Shown here in pieces: positions 32,461-45,440 of a stretch of DNA of 64,000 bases. Both the position numbers and the translations under genes were made by a program. Numbering within the stretch: position 1 is the first letter of the stretch; each line of letters starts with the position of its first letter. The DNA comes from Eledone cirrhosa (taxonomy: Eukaryota): positions 158,534,001 to 158,598,000 of the forward strand of contig OZ024740.1 in the NCBI GenBank assembly GCA_964016885.1. The letters run 5' to 3'. The notes under the pieces were generated by a model. The model worked only from the letters and a program-made list of their open reading frames with translations. It had not been told where the DNA came from and did no database searches.

Positions 32461-33200
32461 TTTATAGAAATACAGTAATAATGTAGGTAATTGTGGCAGG
32501 AACTAATAAACACAAGATCAGTTTTGTGAAATTAATCCTTGAAAAGTCTTTGTGGTTTGTATTTGATGTACATGCTACCAATTCACATATATATGTGTTT
32601 TGTATCAAATACTACTGCAAATACTTTTGAATAATTAATTCCATACGATTGTATGCACCCACATTCGTTTGAAGAAAGATGTTCTAAATGGAACACTAAC
32701 ATGTTTGAAGAACAAAAAAGCCCTACAAACATTGATGGTATAGCTGTGTTTATATATATATATAAAAACAAATATTTATCGCTGTGACGTACCACGTGAA
32801 ACTCTATTATAGTGTAATTTACAGAATGTGTGAATATATGTATACATGATTTAAAAGATTAACTGTTCAATTTACCAACACAAATCTGCCTTAATTACAC
32901 CAGTAAGCCAATGTTAAGGACGTTGTTAATAATAGCTATATATACTGTATATAATTCATTCATTCATGCATCAACCTCGGAATTTTGTTTTTTACCATAC
33001 ATTGAGGCCTAGATAGATGTCTTCTACACAGTTATGCTAGACAACAAGTGTCAGTTATTCATAATGTGTCTCTACCTATAGCTTTCATTTGTTGCTCTCT
33101 TCATATTCCCTTATATTTTCCCCATTCAATATATATATATATATCATCATTTTACATCCACTTCGTTGTAAAAGGATGATATACTCGTATATATATATAT

Positions 33201-36200
33201 ATCATCATCAACGTTTAACGTCCGTGTTCCACGCTTGCATGGGTTTGGACGGGGGTTTTCCCACTTGAGTCAAGAGTGATTGTCTTGCTCGCATAGGACT
33301 GTCTGGCAGGTTTTCTACAGTTGGATGCCCTTCCTAACACCAACCACATTTACAGTGTGGGTCTGGGAGGTTTTTACCGTGTTGCCTACACGGCCACATT
33401 ACAGCGTGGAATGTGTGTTTTTTTGTCGTGACACCTACACGATCTCATTTGTTTCGGCCTGGATGGTGTGGCACCAACATAACTTTACATAGAAGGGGGC
33501 GGTGTGGATGGGGTGGGGGTGGTGGGACGGGGGTGTATTTTGTTAGAGATGCCTACTGACTGTAGTAGGTTTTACTTTGTATTTAGGTAAGGCGGGTGTT
33601 CTCTATTACTGAGTACCGCCAAAGGTCTCGGTCCAGTGACATTGTCTTGGTGAGGTGTAAGTGTGTGAAGTCGGAGTTTATCAGCTCGTCCCAGGTTTTT
33701 CTGGGTCTGCCTATTCCGTGGCTACCGTCTATCTTTATTGCCCTGCACTTTGTTATACAGCTATCGTCCTTCATGCGCATCACGTGACCATACCAACGTA
33801 GCCTTCTCTCTAATAAACAACATCTGATCCCTCTTATTTCTAATTTTTTCCTTAGTTTGTTTATGCTTTGTCGTTCACGTATATTACTATTACACATCCA
33901 GCGGAGCATGCAAGCTTCGTTTCTCTCTAGTCTGCGTATATCCTCTGCACACAATGCCCAGGTCTCACTGCCATGCAACATTGCTGTTTGTATCCAGGCA
34001 TCGTACAACCTGCCTTTCATTTTTAGGGAGAACCCTTTAGCGGCTAATAGTGGTATAAGCTCTCTGAACTTTTTCCACCCAGTTCTGACTCTAGCTACTG
34101 TACTTTCAGAGCACCCTCCCCCACTGCTGATTTTGTCACCCAGGTAACGGAAGCTGTCCACTATTTCTATAGAACCCTCTGCGCAGTTGAAAGAGCTAGT
34201 ATTTTGTGGGCACTTGCTGCTACTTATTGCCCCAGAACACCGGCCACATGTAAAATCTATGTTCTTAGTTAGCTTACCTGTGATCCCACTACATCTTTTA
34301 TGAACCCAAACTTTGCATTTGGGACACAAAATGGAATTTCTACCTACGACTTTCCTACACTCTGCGCATGGCCACTTCCCGGAGGGGACCGCCGCCTTAT
34401 TTTCTTTCTTAGAAACTAGAACTTTAGTCTTAGCCAGGTTAATTTTAAGGCCTTTTGATTCTAGGCCGTGCTTCCATGTTTGGAATTTCTTCTCTAGCTC
34501 GGCCATTGATTCAGCTATGAGCGTTAGATCATCTGCATATAGGAGTTCCCATGGACAGCCGGTCTTGAACTCCACTGTTATAGCCTGGAGGGCAATAATA
34601 AATAGTAGGGGGCTAAGAACAGAGCCCTGATGAACACCAACTTTTACACTAAACTCTTCACTATATTCGTTGTTAATTCTAACCTTGCTGACTGTTTCTT
34701 TATACATGGCTTGTATAGCTCTCACAAGCCATTCATCAACACCTAGTTTTCTAAGAGCCCACCAGATAATGGAACGGGGGACTCTGTCGAAGGCCTTCTC
34801 CAAGTCGACGAAAGCTAAGTATAGGGGTTTACTTTTAGCTAGGTACTTCTCCTGTAGTTGTCGTACAATGAAAAGAGCATCTGTGGTACTTTTTCCTGAC
34901 ACAAACCCGAACTGCATTTCATCTAGATCAATTCGCTCTCTGATTAGTTGCGCTATTACTTTTTCCGTGACCTTCATGACCTGGTCGATTAATTTAATGC
35001 CTCTATAGTTACTCCTATCTAGGGCATCTCCTTTACCCTTATAACAGTTAACGATAATGCTGCTACGCCAGTCCTTCGGAACAACCCCATTCTGTATGAC
35101 TTGGTTGACTATCCGGGTGACCATGGTGTGTCCCACCGTACCAGATGCCTTCAGCATCTCGGCAACTATTTCCGATGGCCCAGCCGCCTTGCCTGTCTTC
35201 ATATCTTTGATTGCCTTACTTATTATACTACCCTCGACTAACACTGCTGGTCCCTCTATTGGGTCGATGTGGGGGAGACTGTCTTTCTCCCATTTATTCT
35301 CCTCATTTAGTAGCCTTTCATAGTGACACTTCCAAGCTACCATCTTATCGGCGTCGGTGATGGCAAGTACGCCGTCATCGTTAAGTACACACTTCTCCCC
35401 GACAATATCACTGTTTTCCTTGACACATTGCCTAGCAATCCTGAACACCTCACGTTTTTGGTCCTCACGTTGTAGAACATGCTTGAACTTTCTTTCCTCT
35501 GCTTCCCTTCTTGCGAAGTACACCTGTCTCCTAGCTTCCCTCCTGGCCACTTGATAGTCTTCTCTGCTTCCCCCATCCCGCCATACTTTCCAAGCCTGCT
35601 TTTTGGCCTTAATTGACCCCTCCACCTTACTGTTCCACCACCATGTTACTCTCCTCCTGCCTACAGGCCTGCTCCAGCCACAGACTTCGTCTGTCGCCGT
35701 CAGCAGGTTTGCTTTCAGGAATTCCCACTGTTCCTCTACCTTGTACGACTCTATTTGCTCTTCCTTACTGTCGAAAGCATCAAGTAATATGCTTTGGAAT
35801 TTATTTTTGGCTGTGGGGTCCTTTAGCTTCCATGTTTTTCTCCTGAGGGTAGTCCTCTTCTGTTGCCTAGTACGTCTCGTCCTGACTATTAGGTCGCTAA
35901 TTATCAGTCTATGTTGGGAGGTGCATTCTTCATGGGGGAGGGATTTAGTGTTTACAACAGTCACTTTGTCACGTCTTCTGGTAAGGATATAATCTACCTG
36001 GCTGGTATGTTCCCCTGATCTGTAGGTGATCAAGTGATTGTCTCGTTTTTTGAAGTTAGTGTTGCAGATAGTTAGGTTATTTGCGTCACAGAATTCCAGG
36101 ATTCTGGAGCCTTCCTCATTTCTAGTACCAAACCCATAGCCTCCATGGATTTCGTCGTAGCCGTCACAATGTTGTCCAACATGACCGTTTAGGTCGCCTG

Positions 36201-37137
36201 CAATAATTATATAGTCACTGTCGGTTATTTGGGAGGTAGTGAGCATCAGTGTCTCATAGAATCTGTCTTTTATAGTGCTGGGCAGTCCGGATTGGGGTGC
36301 GTACGCGGATATTACTGTCACCGTGGTTCTATTGAGGACAAGTCTTATTTTAATTATTCTGTCGTTCACTCTATTTACGTCTATTATCTTATCTGCCCAC
36401 TTTTCTGCTACCATGATTCCTACCCCACCCAGCCCATTGTCATTTCCCACCCAGAAAAGTTTATAGCATCGTTTTTTACCCACAATGAATCTAGCAGATC
36501 CACCCCTCCACCTGTTCTCTTGAATACAACAAACATCGACCTCCTTACGTTCAAGCATTTCTACAACCTCGTTAGAGCGACCCTTTAAGGTGCCTACATT
36601 GAAGGTACCAAATCTGAAGTTTTGGATTGCGTTTGGGGGGTGGGAAAGGTGGGGAGAGGGGGGAGATGGGGTTGTGTTAGCCATCCGCGGCCGAAACAAA
36701 GAGGCATGTTCGCATTCTCGTCCACGAGGTGTGTTTGTCTTTAACTTTGGCATTGTCGCTGCGCGTCCAGATTTTTCTCTCTTCAACTCTCCGGAACTCC
36801 GTAGTCCTTCCATCCTACATACCGAAGGCGACCAGGTAAGCGATAGTATAGGCCTCTGGCTTATGATTGGTCCACGTGATAATAATGGTGTTGAGTTGTT
36901 AGCGAGAAGAATAGGTTTAAGTTAGATCCTAGTATTTAACGAACGTAAACAAAAATACGAGATTTGTTTAGTAAGATACGCCAAAAACTTCCGTATTTTA
37001 CAATCAGGACAAAATACAAGAGATTTGTTTTGGAAAATACAGGAGGAAATAGGTTTGGAAGGACTATGGAATAAGCGGATGTTAGAAAGCTAGAAAAATG
37101 AGTACGTTACATTTTACCATGAAAGAGAATCTGCCAA
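33201..37137 (-). mobile_element. Apparently full-length RTE LINE (copy 3)
   Basis: (CAT)n tail at 33201, about 370-bp 3' UTR, intact ORF; 5' boundary approximate. Confidence 0.9.
33583..36813 (-). CDS. RTE polyprotein: APE endonuclease, reverse transcriptase and PHD-like Cys/His finger
   Basis: 1076 aa uninterrupted; TFNVGTL, CIQE, GDLNGH, DYIL, SQH (APE); YRGIKL, QFGF, DLEKAFD, QGSVLSP, YADD (RT); CxxC..CxxC....HxxC...CxxC. Confidence 0.95.
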   Translation of the reverse strand: MEGLRSSGELKREKSGRAATMPKLKTNTPRGRECEHASLFRPRMANTTPSPPSPHLSHPPNAIQNFRFGTFNVGTLKGRSNEVVEMLERKEVDVCCIQENRWRGGSARFIVGKKRCYKLFWVGNDNGLGGVGIMVAEKWADKIIDVNRVNDRIIKIRLVLNRTTVTVISAYAPQSGLPSTIKDRFYETLMLTTSQITDSDYIIIAGDLNGHVGQHCDGYDEIHGGYGFGTRNEEGSRILEFCDANNLTICNTNFKKRDNHLITYRSGEHTSQVDYILTRRRDKVTVVNTKSLPHEECTSQHRLIISDLIVRTRRTRQQKRTTLRRKTWKLKDPTAKNKFQSILLDAFDSKEEQIESYKVEEQWEFLKANLLTATDEVCGWSRPVGRRRVTWWWNSKVEGSIKAKKQAWKVWRDGGSREDYQVARREARRQVYFARREAEERKFKHVLQREDQKREVFRIARQCVKENSDIVGEKCVLNDDGVLAITDADKMVAWKCHYERLLNEENKWEKDSLPHIDPIEGPAVLVEGSIISKAIKDMKTGKAAGPSEIVAEMLKASGTVGHTMVTRIVNQVIQNGVVPKDWRSSIIVNCYKGKGDALDRSNYRGIKLIDQVMKVTEKVIAQLIRERIDLDEMQFGFVSGKSTTDALFIVRQLQEKYLAKSKPLYLAFVDLEKAFDRVPRSIIWWALRKLGVDEWLVRAIQAMYKETVSKVRINNEYSEEFSVKVGVHQGSVLSPLLFIIALQAITVEFKTGCPWELLYADDLTLIAESMAELEKKFQTWKHGLESKGLKINLAKTKVLVSKKENKAAVPSGKWPCAECRKVVGRNSILCPKCKVWVHKRCSGITGKLTKNIDFTCGRCSGAISSSKCPQNTSSFNCAEGSIEIVDSFRYLGDKISSGGGCSESTVARVRTGWKKFRELIPLLAAKGFSLKMKGRLYDAWIQTAMLHGSETWALCAEDIRRLERNEACMLRWMCNSNIRERQSINKLRKKLEIRGIRCCLLERRLRWYGHVMRMKDDSCITKCRAIKIDGSHGIGRPRKTWDELINSDFTHLHLTKTMSLDRDLWRYSVIENTRLT

Positions 37138-37325
37138 GCTTTCTAACATCCGCTTATTCCATAGTCCTTCCAAACCTATTTCCTCCTGTATTTTCCAAAA
37201 CAAATCTCTTGTATTTTGTCCTGATTGTAAAATACGGAAGTTTTTGGCGTATCTTACTAAACAAATCTTGTATTTTTGTTTACGTTCGTTAAATACTAGG
37301 ATCTAACTTAAACCTAATCTATTCT
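36912..37325. repeat. About 185-bp inverted repeat at the RTE 5' end, plus a further inverted piece at 37540-37625
   Basis: 36912-37090 is the reverse complement of 37137-37325. Confidence 0.9.
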
Positions 37326-37869
37326 TCTCATATACAAATATTTTAAATATATTTGATACTTCAAACTCTTAACAATATTTTAAATATATTTGTTATTATT
37401 TCAAACCCTTAATTCCCGCTCCCTAATATCTTCTCCACCACACTCTACAACATGCGGTCAAACTCCCCCCCTCTCTCTCTCTCTCTCTCTCTCTATCCAT
37501 ATACATATATAAGATAAAGTAATTCACTTTCGCCAATTTGTGGCAGATTCTCTTTCATGGTAAAATGTAATGTACTCATTTTTCTAGCTTTCTAACATCC
37601 GCTTATTCCATAGTCCTTCCAAACAATATATATATATAAATATAAATTTACCGAGAATCGCATTTCGGCGGGTAAAGATTGGCGAGATGCAACTTACGTA
37701 TTGTGCAGACAAGCGCTCCATGGATATGAAGATACCAGAGCTATAAACATAAGTTAAAATGGTCATATAAACTGAGACGATGGTTAAGAAGCCATTAACC
37801 ACCTTAGCCAAAAAAGCGAACAAGCTAAACAGGATATCTTGCAAGCAGGGAAAAAGCGGACGTAAAATG

Positions 37870-37913
<44 letters not shown>

Positions 37914-37992
37914 TATCCCGGGTTCAATCGGAGGTAACCACAGTAAGTAAGGTACTCAATCCATAGCAGAGTATAGATATTTAATATAGAAA

Positions 37993-38045
37993 TGGCTTCT
38001 ACAGGACTAGAACTGTTTCATTCGGGAGAAATCATCAGGAAGCCG
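37993..38045 (-). ncRNA. Type I hammerhead ribozyme
   Basis: cggcttc CTGATGA t ttc-tccc-gaa t GAAA cag-ttctagtc-ctg TA gaagcca. Confidence 0.85.
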
Positions 38046-38243
38046 ACTGTCCAAGTAATGTGGTGGTATTTATACCTTTTCTGGTGGTAGGAGAGGGTGG
38101 TGATTGGGATGGGTGGAGGTCATTGGTTGATGGATTTAAAGAAAAGGGAATTCTTTAAAAACTATATGACCTCCACCCATTCCAATCACCACCCTCTCCT
38201 ACCACCAGAAAAGATATAAATACCACCACATTACTTGGACAGT

Positions 38244-38296
38244 CGGCTTCCTGATGATTTCCCTTGAATGAAACACTTCTAGTCCTGTAGAAGCCG
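38244..38296 (+). ncRNA. Type I hammerhead ribozyme
   Basis: cggcttc CTGATGA t ttc-cctt-gaa t GAAA cac-ttctagtc-ctg TA gaagccg; 7-bp stem I. Confidence 0.8.
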
Positions 38297-38502
38297 TTTC
38301 TATATTAAATATATATATAAAATAAATAAGAGACGGTTTTATTCATACATCTTTTTATTATATAATTCTATTATACATATTTCAAAGATGTTAGAGTGAT
38401 TACATAATAACTCTCTGACATGTGATATGTAAGATATGTAAGATGTATTGTTTTATTTTTTTGATATTTTACTGATTTCTTGTGGTGTTTACATCATTGA
38501 TT

Positions 38503-38547
<45 letters not shown>

Positions 38548-38554
38548 GTATATA

Positions 38555-39590
38555 GGTGTTAGGAAGAGCATCAGACAACGTTTTGTGGCATATAATTACA
38601 ACCATTTACGTTGTGAGTTCAACTCCTACTGAGGTTAACTTTGCCTTTCATCCTTTCAGGGTTGATAAAATAAAAAAACCAGTAATACACTGGGGTCAAT
38701 TTAATCGACTTTCCCCTTCCTCAAAATTGTTGGTCTTTGCCTAAATCAAAAACCATTATTATTAGTATTGGTGAATTGGCAGGATTGTCAGTATGTCAGC
38801 CCTCTGTGTTCCAGTTTAAAATCCCACCACTGTCAACTTTGTCAGTCATCCTTCTGAGGTTGATAAGATGAAGTACCAGTCGAGAACTGGGGTCAATTTA
38901 ATCAATTTTCCCACCCATCCAAATTTGCTGGCTTTGTGTCTAAATTAGAAATAATTATTTAGGTGGCTGTGATTTGGCAGATTCATTACATCATTGGATA
39001 AAAGACTTCACATGATTTAGTTCTGACTCTGCACTGAGAAGGACAATGGATTGGCAGTATCGGTAGAGCGTTGGGGACCCTGCTTTGTGACATAGTTATG
39101 GCCCTTTATGTTCTGAGTTCAAATCCTGCTGAGGTTAGCTTTGCCTTTCATCCTTACGGGGTCGATAAAATAAAGTACCAGTAGTGCACTGAGGTCGATA
39201 TAATCAACATTCCCCTTCCCCCAAATTGCTGGCCTTTATTTAGTTCTGACTCTTTATGTTCTTAGTTCAAAATCCTTCCAAAATCAACTTTACCTTTCAT
39301 CCTTCTGGAGTTGATAAAATAATGTGCCAGTAAATTATTGATGGCAGTATAATTGACTTTTCCCTCCCCACGAATTGCTGGCCTTGTGCTTAGATTAGAA
39401 ATTATTATTATTGGTTCTTTACATTCTGAGTTCAAATCCTGCTGAAGTCAACTTTACTTTTCATGTCTTTAAGAGGTCAAGGAAATAAAATACCTGTCAA
39501 GTGCTGGGTTTAATGAAATCTACTTATCCCTCTTCCCAATCCAAAATTGCTGGCCTTGTGCTTAAATTCGAAACCATTATTATCATTATC
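38555..39590 (+). mobile_element. Same-orientation stack of about 5-6 SINE copies, one nested
   Basis: Repeated B-box and TTTCATCCTT core; the copy at about 39045-39235 is flanked by a repeated ATTTAGTTCTGACTCT. Confidence 0.85.
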
Positions 39591-40230
39591 AGCATAATCC
39601 TCATCATGCCTACTTACGCACTGATGAAATTCTGTGAACTATTTAAAGAAATCTAAAACTTTTTGAAACTTTGCTCATGACACAGTTCCCATGCCAACCA
39701 AAGAAATACATTTTTTTCTTATGTTTTTTTTTTAATTTTCCTTGATATCTTGTTAACAAGTAGTATTTTGTTTGTTTTATTGTCTGTATACACACACACA
39801 CAAACGTATATGCACACAAACAGATATTGCAATAGTATGTGTTAAACTTTGTTTCTTTTTTGTTTTGTTTATATTTCAATTCATGTGTTTATTTTCTTGA
39901 ATTTGTTGTGGGTGGTGGTGGGGGTGGTATTTTGTGGGTGTTCTGGAGTTCTTTTGCTAATCCCTCACAGACCAAACGCTATGTTTCTTGAACTACAATA
40001 TATTATTCATACGTTTATTTAAATGTTGTCAAACGCAATAACCAAACATAATAATCAACCATAGTAATATATCATGTGTGTTTGTATATTCATATATATA
40101 TATATATATGTTTGAAACTCTTTAAAATTTACACACACAATACATTTCTTATCTCAGTTATATTATTACAATAAAAAAATTGCTTTTCACTCACAAGGTG
40201 TTGAGTTCTAACACTCTTCATTCCCATTAA

Positions 40231-40440
40231 CCCTTTAGCATTTACAATACTCTATATTTAGTATTGTAAAGGCTTTATCTTACATAATTATCTTATATAA
40301 TATTGAATCTACGAGATTTTGATGTTATTTATTTTGAGAATAATACCTTAATGTGGCTATGAGCTGCCAGATATGCCCAATTTGAACAGAAAGAGGGGCA
40401 AGAGTTCTGGCCAGATATGGCTGGTTTAAATGCTAAAGGG
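40231..40440. mobile_element. piggyBac-type MITE
   Basis: TTAA-CCCTTTAGCATTTA...TAAATGCTAAAGGG-TTAA. Confidence 0.9.
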
Positions 40441-41196
40441 TTAAATAGTTATTTCTCAAAAATGGTAAGCTTATTCACATATATATATCTTTGAATATAT
40501 ATATATCTTTGAAACTGTTTAAAATTTACACACACAAACATATATGCAATGCATTTCTGATCTCAGTCATAATATAGTAATAAATTTGCTTTTCACTCAC
40601 AAGGTGTTGAGTTCTAACACCACATATTACCATTAAATAGCTATTTCTTAAAAATGGTAAGGTTTGAGTTCAAATCCTTCCAAAATCAATTTTGCTTTTC
40701 ATTGCTGGTGTCACAGTAAAATGCACCCAGTACACCCTGACTTGAGTGGAACCATGCCTTCCAAATGAAATTGAGTTGATGAAAACTGTTTCAAAGTACA
40801 TTGCAATGATTCTGCCTATAATTCAAAGGGCCAGCCATGTCACATGCAGTGTCACGCTGAATCTCCTTGAGAATTACTTCAAGAGTACATGTCTGTGGAA
40901 TGCTCAGCCACTTACACGTTAATTTCATGAGCAGACTGTTCCATTGAACTAAAACTAGAACACTCAATTTCAAAACCAATGGAGGCCCATTCCACTTTTA
41001 CTACTACTGTAACTCATGCTCACAAATGCATGTAAGTACACACATCTCCACATAGATATACCTATATTTCATTGTTAGTGTGTGTTTGTGTATATATATA
41101 TGTATATCATCATTATTTAATGTCTGTTAAATATATATGCATATAATGTATATATAAAAATGTGTATTGTATGTGTGTGAATATTAAATATATATA

Positions 41197-41274
41197 CAGG
41201 GTGTTCCCCAAAAATGTACACACACTTCAATTAAAATGCTGTTGAAGTATGTATACATTTTTTGAGACCCCCTG
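41197..41274. mobile_element. Tiny Tc1/mariner-type MITE (others at 53575-53672 and 54367-54463)
   Basis: TA-CAGGGTG...CCCCCTG-TA hairpin; three related copies. Confidence 0.75.
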
Positions 41275-41442
41275 TATATGTGAGTGGGGAGTGTATCATC
41301 ATCATCGTATATATGTACATTATATATATGCGCAAACACACACGCATTCACGTACACACGCGCACACACGCGCACACGCGCACGCACACGCGCACGCACA
41401 CGCACACACACACACACACACACACATACACACACATACACA

Positions 41443-41516
<74 letters not shown>

Positions 41517-42457
41517 GAGCAACTTGATAATCATGGAATTCTGTAAGTGGAATTTGGTTTCCACTATGAATGCAATGATTACAGAATCCACTGTTTGAAA
41601 TACATACCCTATTTAGAAAGTGTTTCTCTCACTGATATACAATATCTAGTAGGATTCAACCATAGCAAAAATCTAACACATTGCTAATCTCCAAAAAATA
41701 GACCCTACCCCATAACCTTATACACACTCGCACATGCATTCACCGACTAGAATCAACAGGAGAGGCCTGTATATGATTGTTCATTCTGTTAGATATAGCA
41801 GTGAAATCTTCCTCATATTGTACCTTACTCAAGCTTATTCTAGTCTTCCTCTTCTTCGCCCACTTATTCCTGAGAGGGTTGTGGGGGCAGAGTCCTCAAA
41901 AACTCCTCCCAGCAGGTCCTGTCAGAAGTTACCGTCTCCAACTGATCTGGCTAGATCCCCAAGCGTGACCAGCCAAGCTCATGGATGTTATCCAACCATC
42001 TTGCTCGGGATCTACCCCTGGGTCTCTTGCTTATTCTACTCAGTTGGCAAAACTTAGATGTGATCAACATGTATGTAAATAGAGGAGAAAGTCATGGTGT
42101 TGATGTACTGCATACTAAATATACACATGTTAGTGCCTTGCTTATGTAGCATAGTATGATGGCATGGCTGTGCGATTAAGAAATTTTCTTTGGTTTTGCG
42201 TCCAGTCCCACTCTGTAGCACCTTGCGTAAGAAAGTATTTTTTACTATATCCTTGAATTATCTAATGCTTTTTGTGTGAAATTAGGTAAATAGATACTGT
42301 AGAATCTTATAGAATATGTGTGTGCGTGTGCTTGTGTAAAGTATTTGTGTGTGTGATGCATGTGTACAAATTTATATGGACATCACTTAACAACCAGTAT
42401 TGTAACTTAGTAGTTCAACAAATAGAGATTGATTGATGAAATAAGTACCAGATTTAA

Positions 42458-42678
42458 CCCTTTAGCATTTAAACCCGCCATATCTGACCAGAATTTCCTC
42501 ACCTATTTCTGTTCAAACTGGCTGTAAACAGTCACTCATATTGATGTTAAGGTATTGTTCTCAAAATAAACAGTATCAAAATCTCGTAGATTCGATATCA
42601 TGTGAGATAATTATGTGATATAAAGTGTTTACTGTGAAAATACAATAGTATATATAGAGTAATGTAAATGCTAAAGGG
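42458..42678. mobile_element. piggyBac-type MITE (same family, opposite orientation) inserted in a decayed SINE
   Basis: Same TIRs and TTAA duplication. Confidence 0.9.
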
Positions 42679-43973
42679 TTAAAGATAAGTGCAGAGGTTG
42701 ATGCGATCTACAAAATGAATGAAACCAGTAATAGAAAAATTGAAAAACTACAATCAACTGAGATTATTTCAGCAGTTTTGACAAAAACTTCTTCTGAGAT
42801 CATTTAAACAGTCAGATTAGAGTGGAACTTCAATCTAACAGAAAAAAGAAATAGCTACATAGCCACATCATCAGCACCATCACCATTTGTCTATTTTTCA
42901 TGCTTGCATGGATATATAAAAGCTAGTCTGCTCAGGTGACTACATTCTGCTTGTATGCTTCATTTTTGCTTTGGTTTCTATGGCTGGACGCCCTTCCTAA
43001 TGCCAACCATTTTATAAGATGTAATGAAAGTATTTTCTCATGACTCAGGCACTTCCAGCTTACAAGGTGGGTGGTGTTTTTTGTCGTGGCACAGTTCAAA
43101 TCTCTTGGCATGCAATCTGATGAGGGACCATCTTGGTAGTAGTAACTCTCACTCTGCTAGAACCAGCAGCTAAAAACCTCATTAAACCACACCCTTCTAT
43201 CTTATAAAATGGAATGACCTGTTGAGTAATGTATAGTTCTAGATAAATACGATGTGATGTTCAAGACTAAAACATCTTTGATTATACTTGGTCAGGGCCA
43301 ACTTGTGGCTAATCAACTACAATAACATACATTGTTTTCTGTTTGGCAAATTTCACCTAAAAGGATTTAGTCGACTTGGGGTTAAATAATGTTGTTTTTT
43401 TTTCTCTCTCTCTCTGTTTCTCTTGCTTTGTTTCTAATTATAAGGAGTATTAGATACCTCTCTTGGTCTTTCATAACTTACCAACTCTATACAGATGTAT
43501 AAATTGATTGAATAAATAAATTAAAAAAAAGGAAATGCACAGTAGAATTGAACTCAGAACCATAATATAGTTGTGAATCAAACTTCTTAACCATCTAGCC
43601 ATAATTGACTGAAGCACTCACCACTCATCACCTGATTGATGTAAACAATGTTCTATAAACTTTCTCAGCACTGGAATGATTGGTAGCTGGTTAAGCAGGT
43701 GGTGTGTTTGCATTAGGCAAGATCAAACATGGTGTCAAGGCTAGCTGAAGTAATTTCAGCTATGCTGTTGGTATGGTCAGTCAGTCAGTCAGTTAATTCT
43801 ACCGGAATTTAAGATTCTGAGTGAGTGGTGAATAGATAGATAGACAGATATATATATATATTATATTTGAATTTTTAATGTAAGATGATAAAAAGCACTA
43901 TTACATATAATCATTATGGTCATGCTTAATCTGTTTCAATAATTCAAATGAATGAACATATGTGTGTGTTTGA

Positions 43974-44020
<47 letters not shown>

Positions 44021-44174
44021 ATATAGAAACACACAGATACATGCAGATACATACATATACATGAATATATCCACATATATTTTTGAATTAGTGGTGCCAA
44101 CCTCAACCAATGTTGCTCTATGAATAACTGGGACAAAATAATCCGAATGGATTAGATTGATTCAGTATCAGAGC

Positions 44175-44472
44175 TATATAATACATTATGAAGAGAGGAG
44201 AAACATAAGATCTTGACCGCTGTATCATGTGATTGACTCCCCCTCTGCCTTTCGGGATTCTATCTCGTGTCCTACGGACGTGTTTTGAAACTCTTAATGA
44301 GGTATCCTCTTGATAAGTCGGGAGACCTCACAAAAATTCTATATCTCTGTGATGTAGTGTTTTTGCATAATATGCCACGAAACTACGTAGTCGAGGAGTA
44401 ATGAAGGAATTTGGGTATGGTATATCTTATTAATTATATCTAATGTTTCTTCTCTCTTCATAATGTATTATA
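44175..44472. mobile_element. Fold-back element with a degenerate HHR (44305-44397 plus)
   Basis: About 35-bp arms; tcctc TTGATAA ... GAAA ctacgtag TC gagga, with palindromic stem III. Confidence 0.65.
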
Positions 44473-44494
44473 TATATATATATATATATATATA

Positions 44495-44785
44495 TCATCA
44501 TCATCGTTTAACGTCAATCTTCCACGCTAGCATGGGTTTAGAATGGAATTGTCCCACTTGAGGCAAGAGTGATTGTCTTGCTCGCATAGGACTGTCTGGC
44601 AGTTTTCTACGGCTGGATGCCCTTCCTAACACCAACCATGTTTACAGTGTTGACTGGGAGGTTTTTACTGTGTTACCTACACGGCCACATTACAGCGTGG
44701 ACTGTGTGTTTTTTTGTCGATGGGGGTAGGGGTAGTGGGATGGGGGTGTGTATTTGATTAAGAGGTGCCTACTGACTATAGGGCC
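44495..44785 (-). mobile_element. RTE 3' UTR fragment (others at 20130-20255, 46705-46820, 52185-52460)
   Basis: (CAT)n tail plus 3' UTR homology. Confidence 0.8.
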
Positions 44786-45284
44786 TTGTTTCAGGAGGGT
44801 ACCAGGGGACAAGCCCCCCCCCCCCCCCTCACTTTTTCAAACGTCTGTTTTATTTTTTGTTTATTTAATATAATAAATTCTTTTTAAGCTTATTTTTTTA
44901 TATCTGAACTTCATTTGAATATATAAGATTTAATTAGCGTAAAATTTTACTTATGTGATAGGGTCTGGAAAAGGCACCATAAGCAATTTATGCTCCTTTA
45001 AGAATCAACAAATGTTGGTTTGTCCCCGTCACATTTTTAAGGTAAACAAGGCACCTGTGTGTGTGTGTGTGTATATATATATCATAATAATATGCCATGA
45101 ATGTTTGTATATTTATCTCTGTAACCATTTAAAATTTACACAAACACAAGTATACACACACAAGTATACACATTTAGGCACAATACAATTATCTGTCATG
45201 TTGCTATGATAAAAGTTTGTTTTCCAATCATAAAGTCTTGGGTTCTAACCTTACATTTGTTCCTGTAAATAGTTATTTCTCCAG

Positions 45285-45440
45285 AATTGCCTGTGGACTC
45301 TATTGCTGTATGCCAGAAGCAGGTGTTACCACTGCAGACAATTCTGTTCACTTTTCCTCCATCCCAGATTGATGCTGCAGTCAGGTCCATAGATTCCATA
45401 AGAGACTTTGAGCCAATCATCTGTGAAATGCATGTAACAG
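45285..45440 (+). CDS. Candidate internal coding exon of an unidentified host gene
   Basis: ttctccag acceptor, ACAG/gtttga donor, 156 nt, phase 1-1, open frame ELPVDSIAVCQKQVLPLQTILFTFPPSQIDAAVRSIDSIRDFEPIICEMHVT; unique sequence. Confidence 0.45.

Larger units (their letters stand above)
37975..38312. mobile_element. Family D fold-back with an HHR in each arm
   Basis: 37975-38125 is the reverse complement of 38165-38312; TA flanks. Confidence 0.85.

Noticed and set aside
11035-36925. Antisense ORFs overlapping RTE copies (e.g. 14151-14594, 34313-35992, 36590-36925)
   Set aside because: Shadow frames of the RTE ORF; they recur only because the element is repeated.
41335-41513. His/Thr- and Cys/Val-rich ORFs
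   Set aside because: (CA)n/(CG) microsatellite translations.
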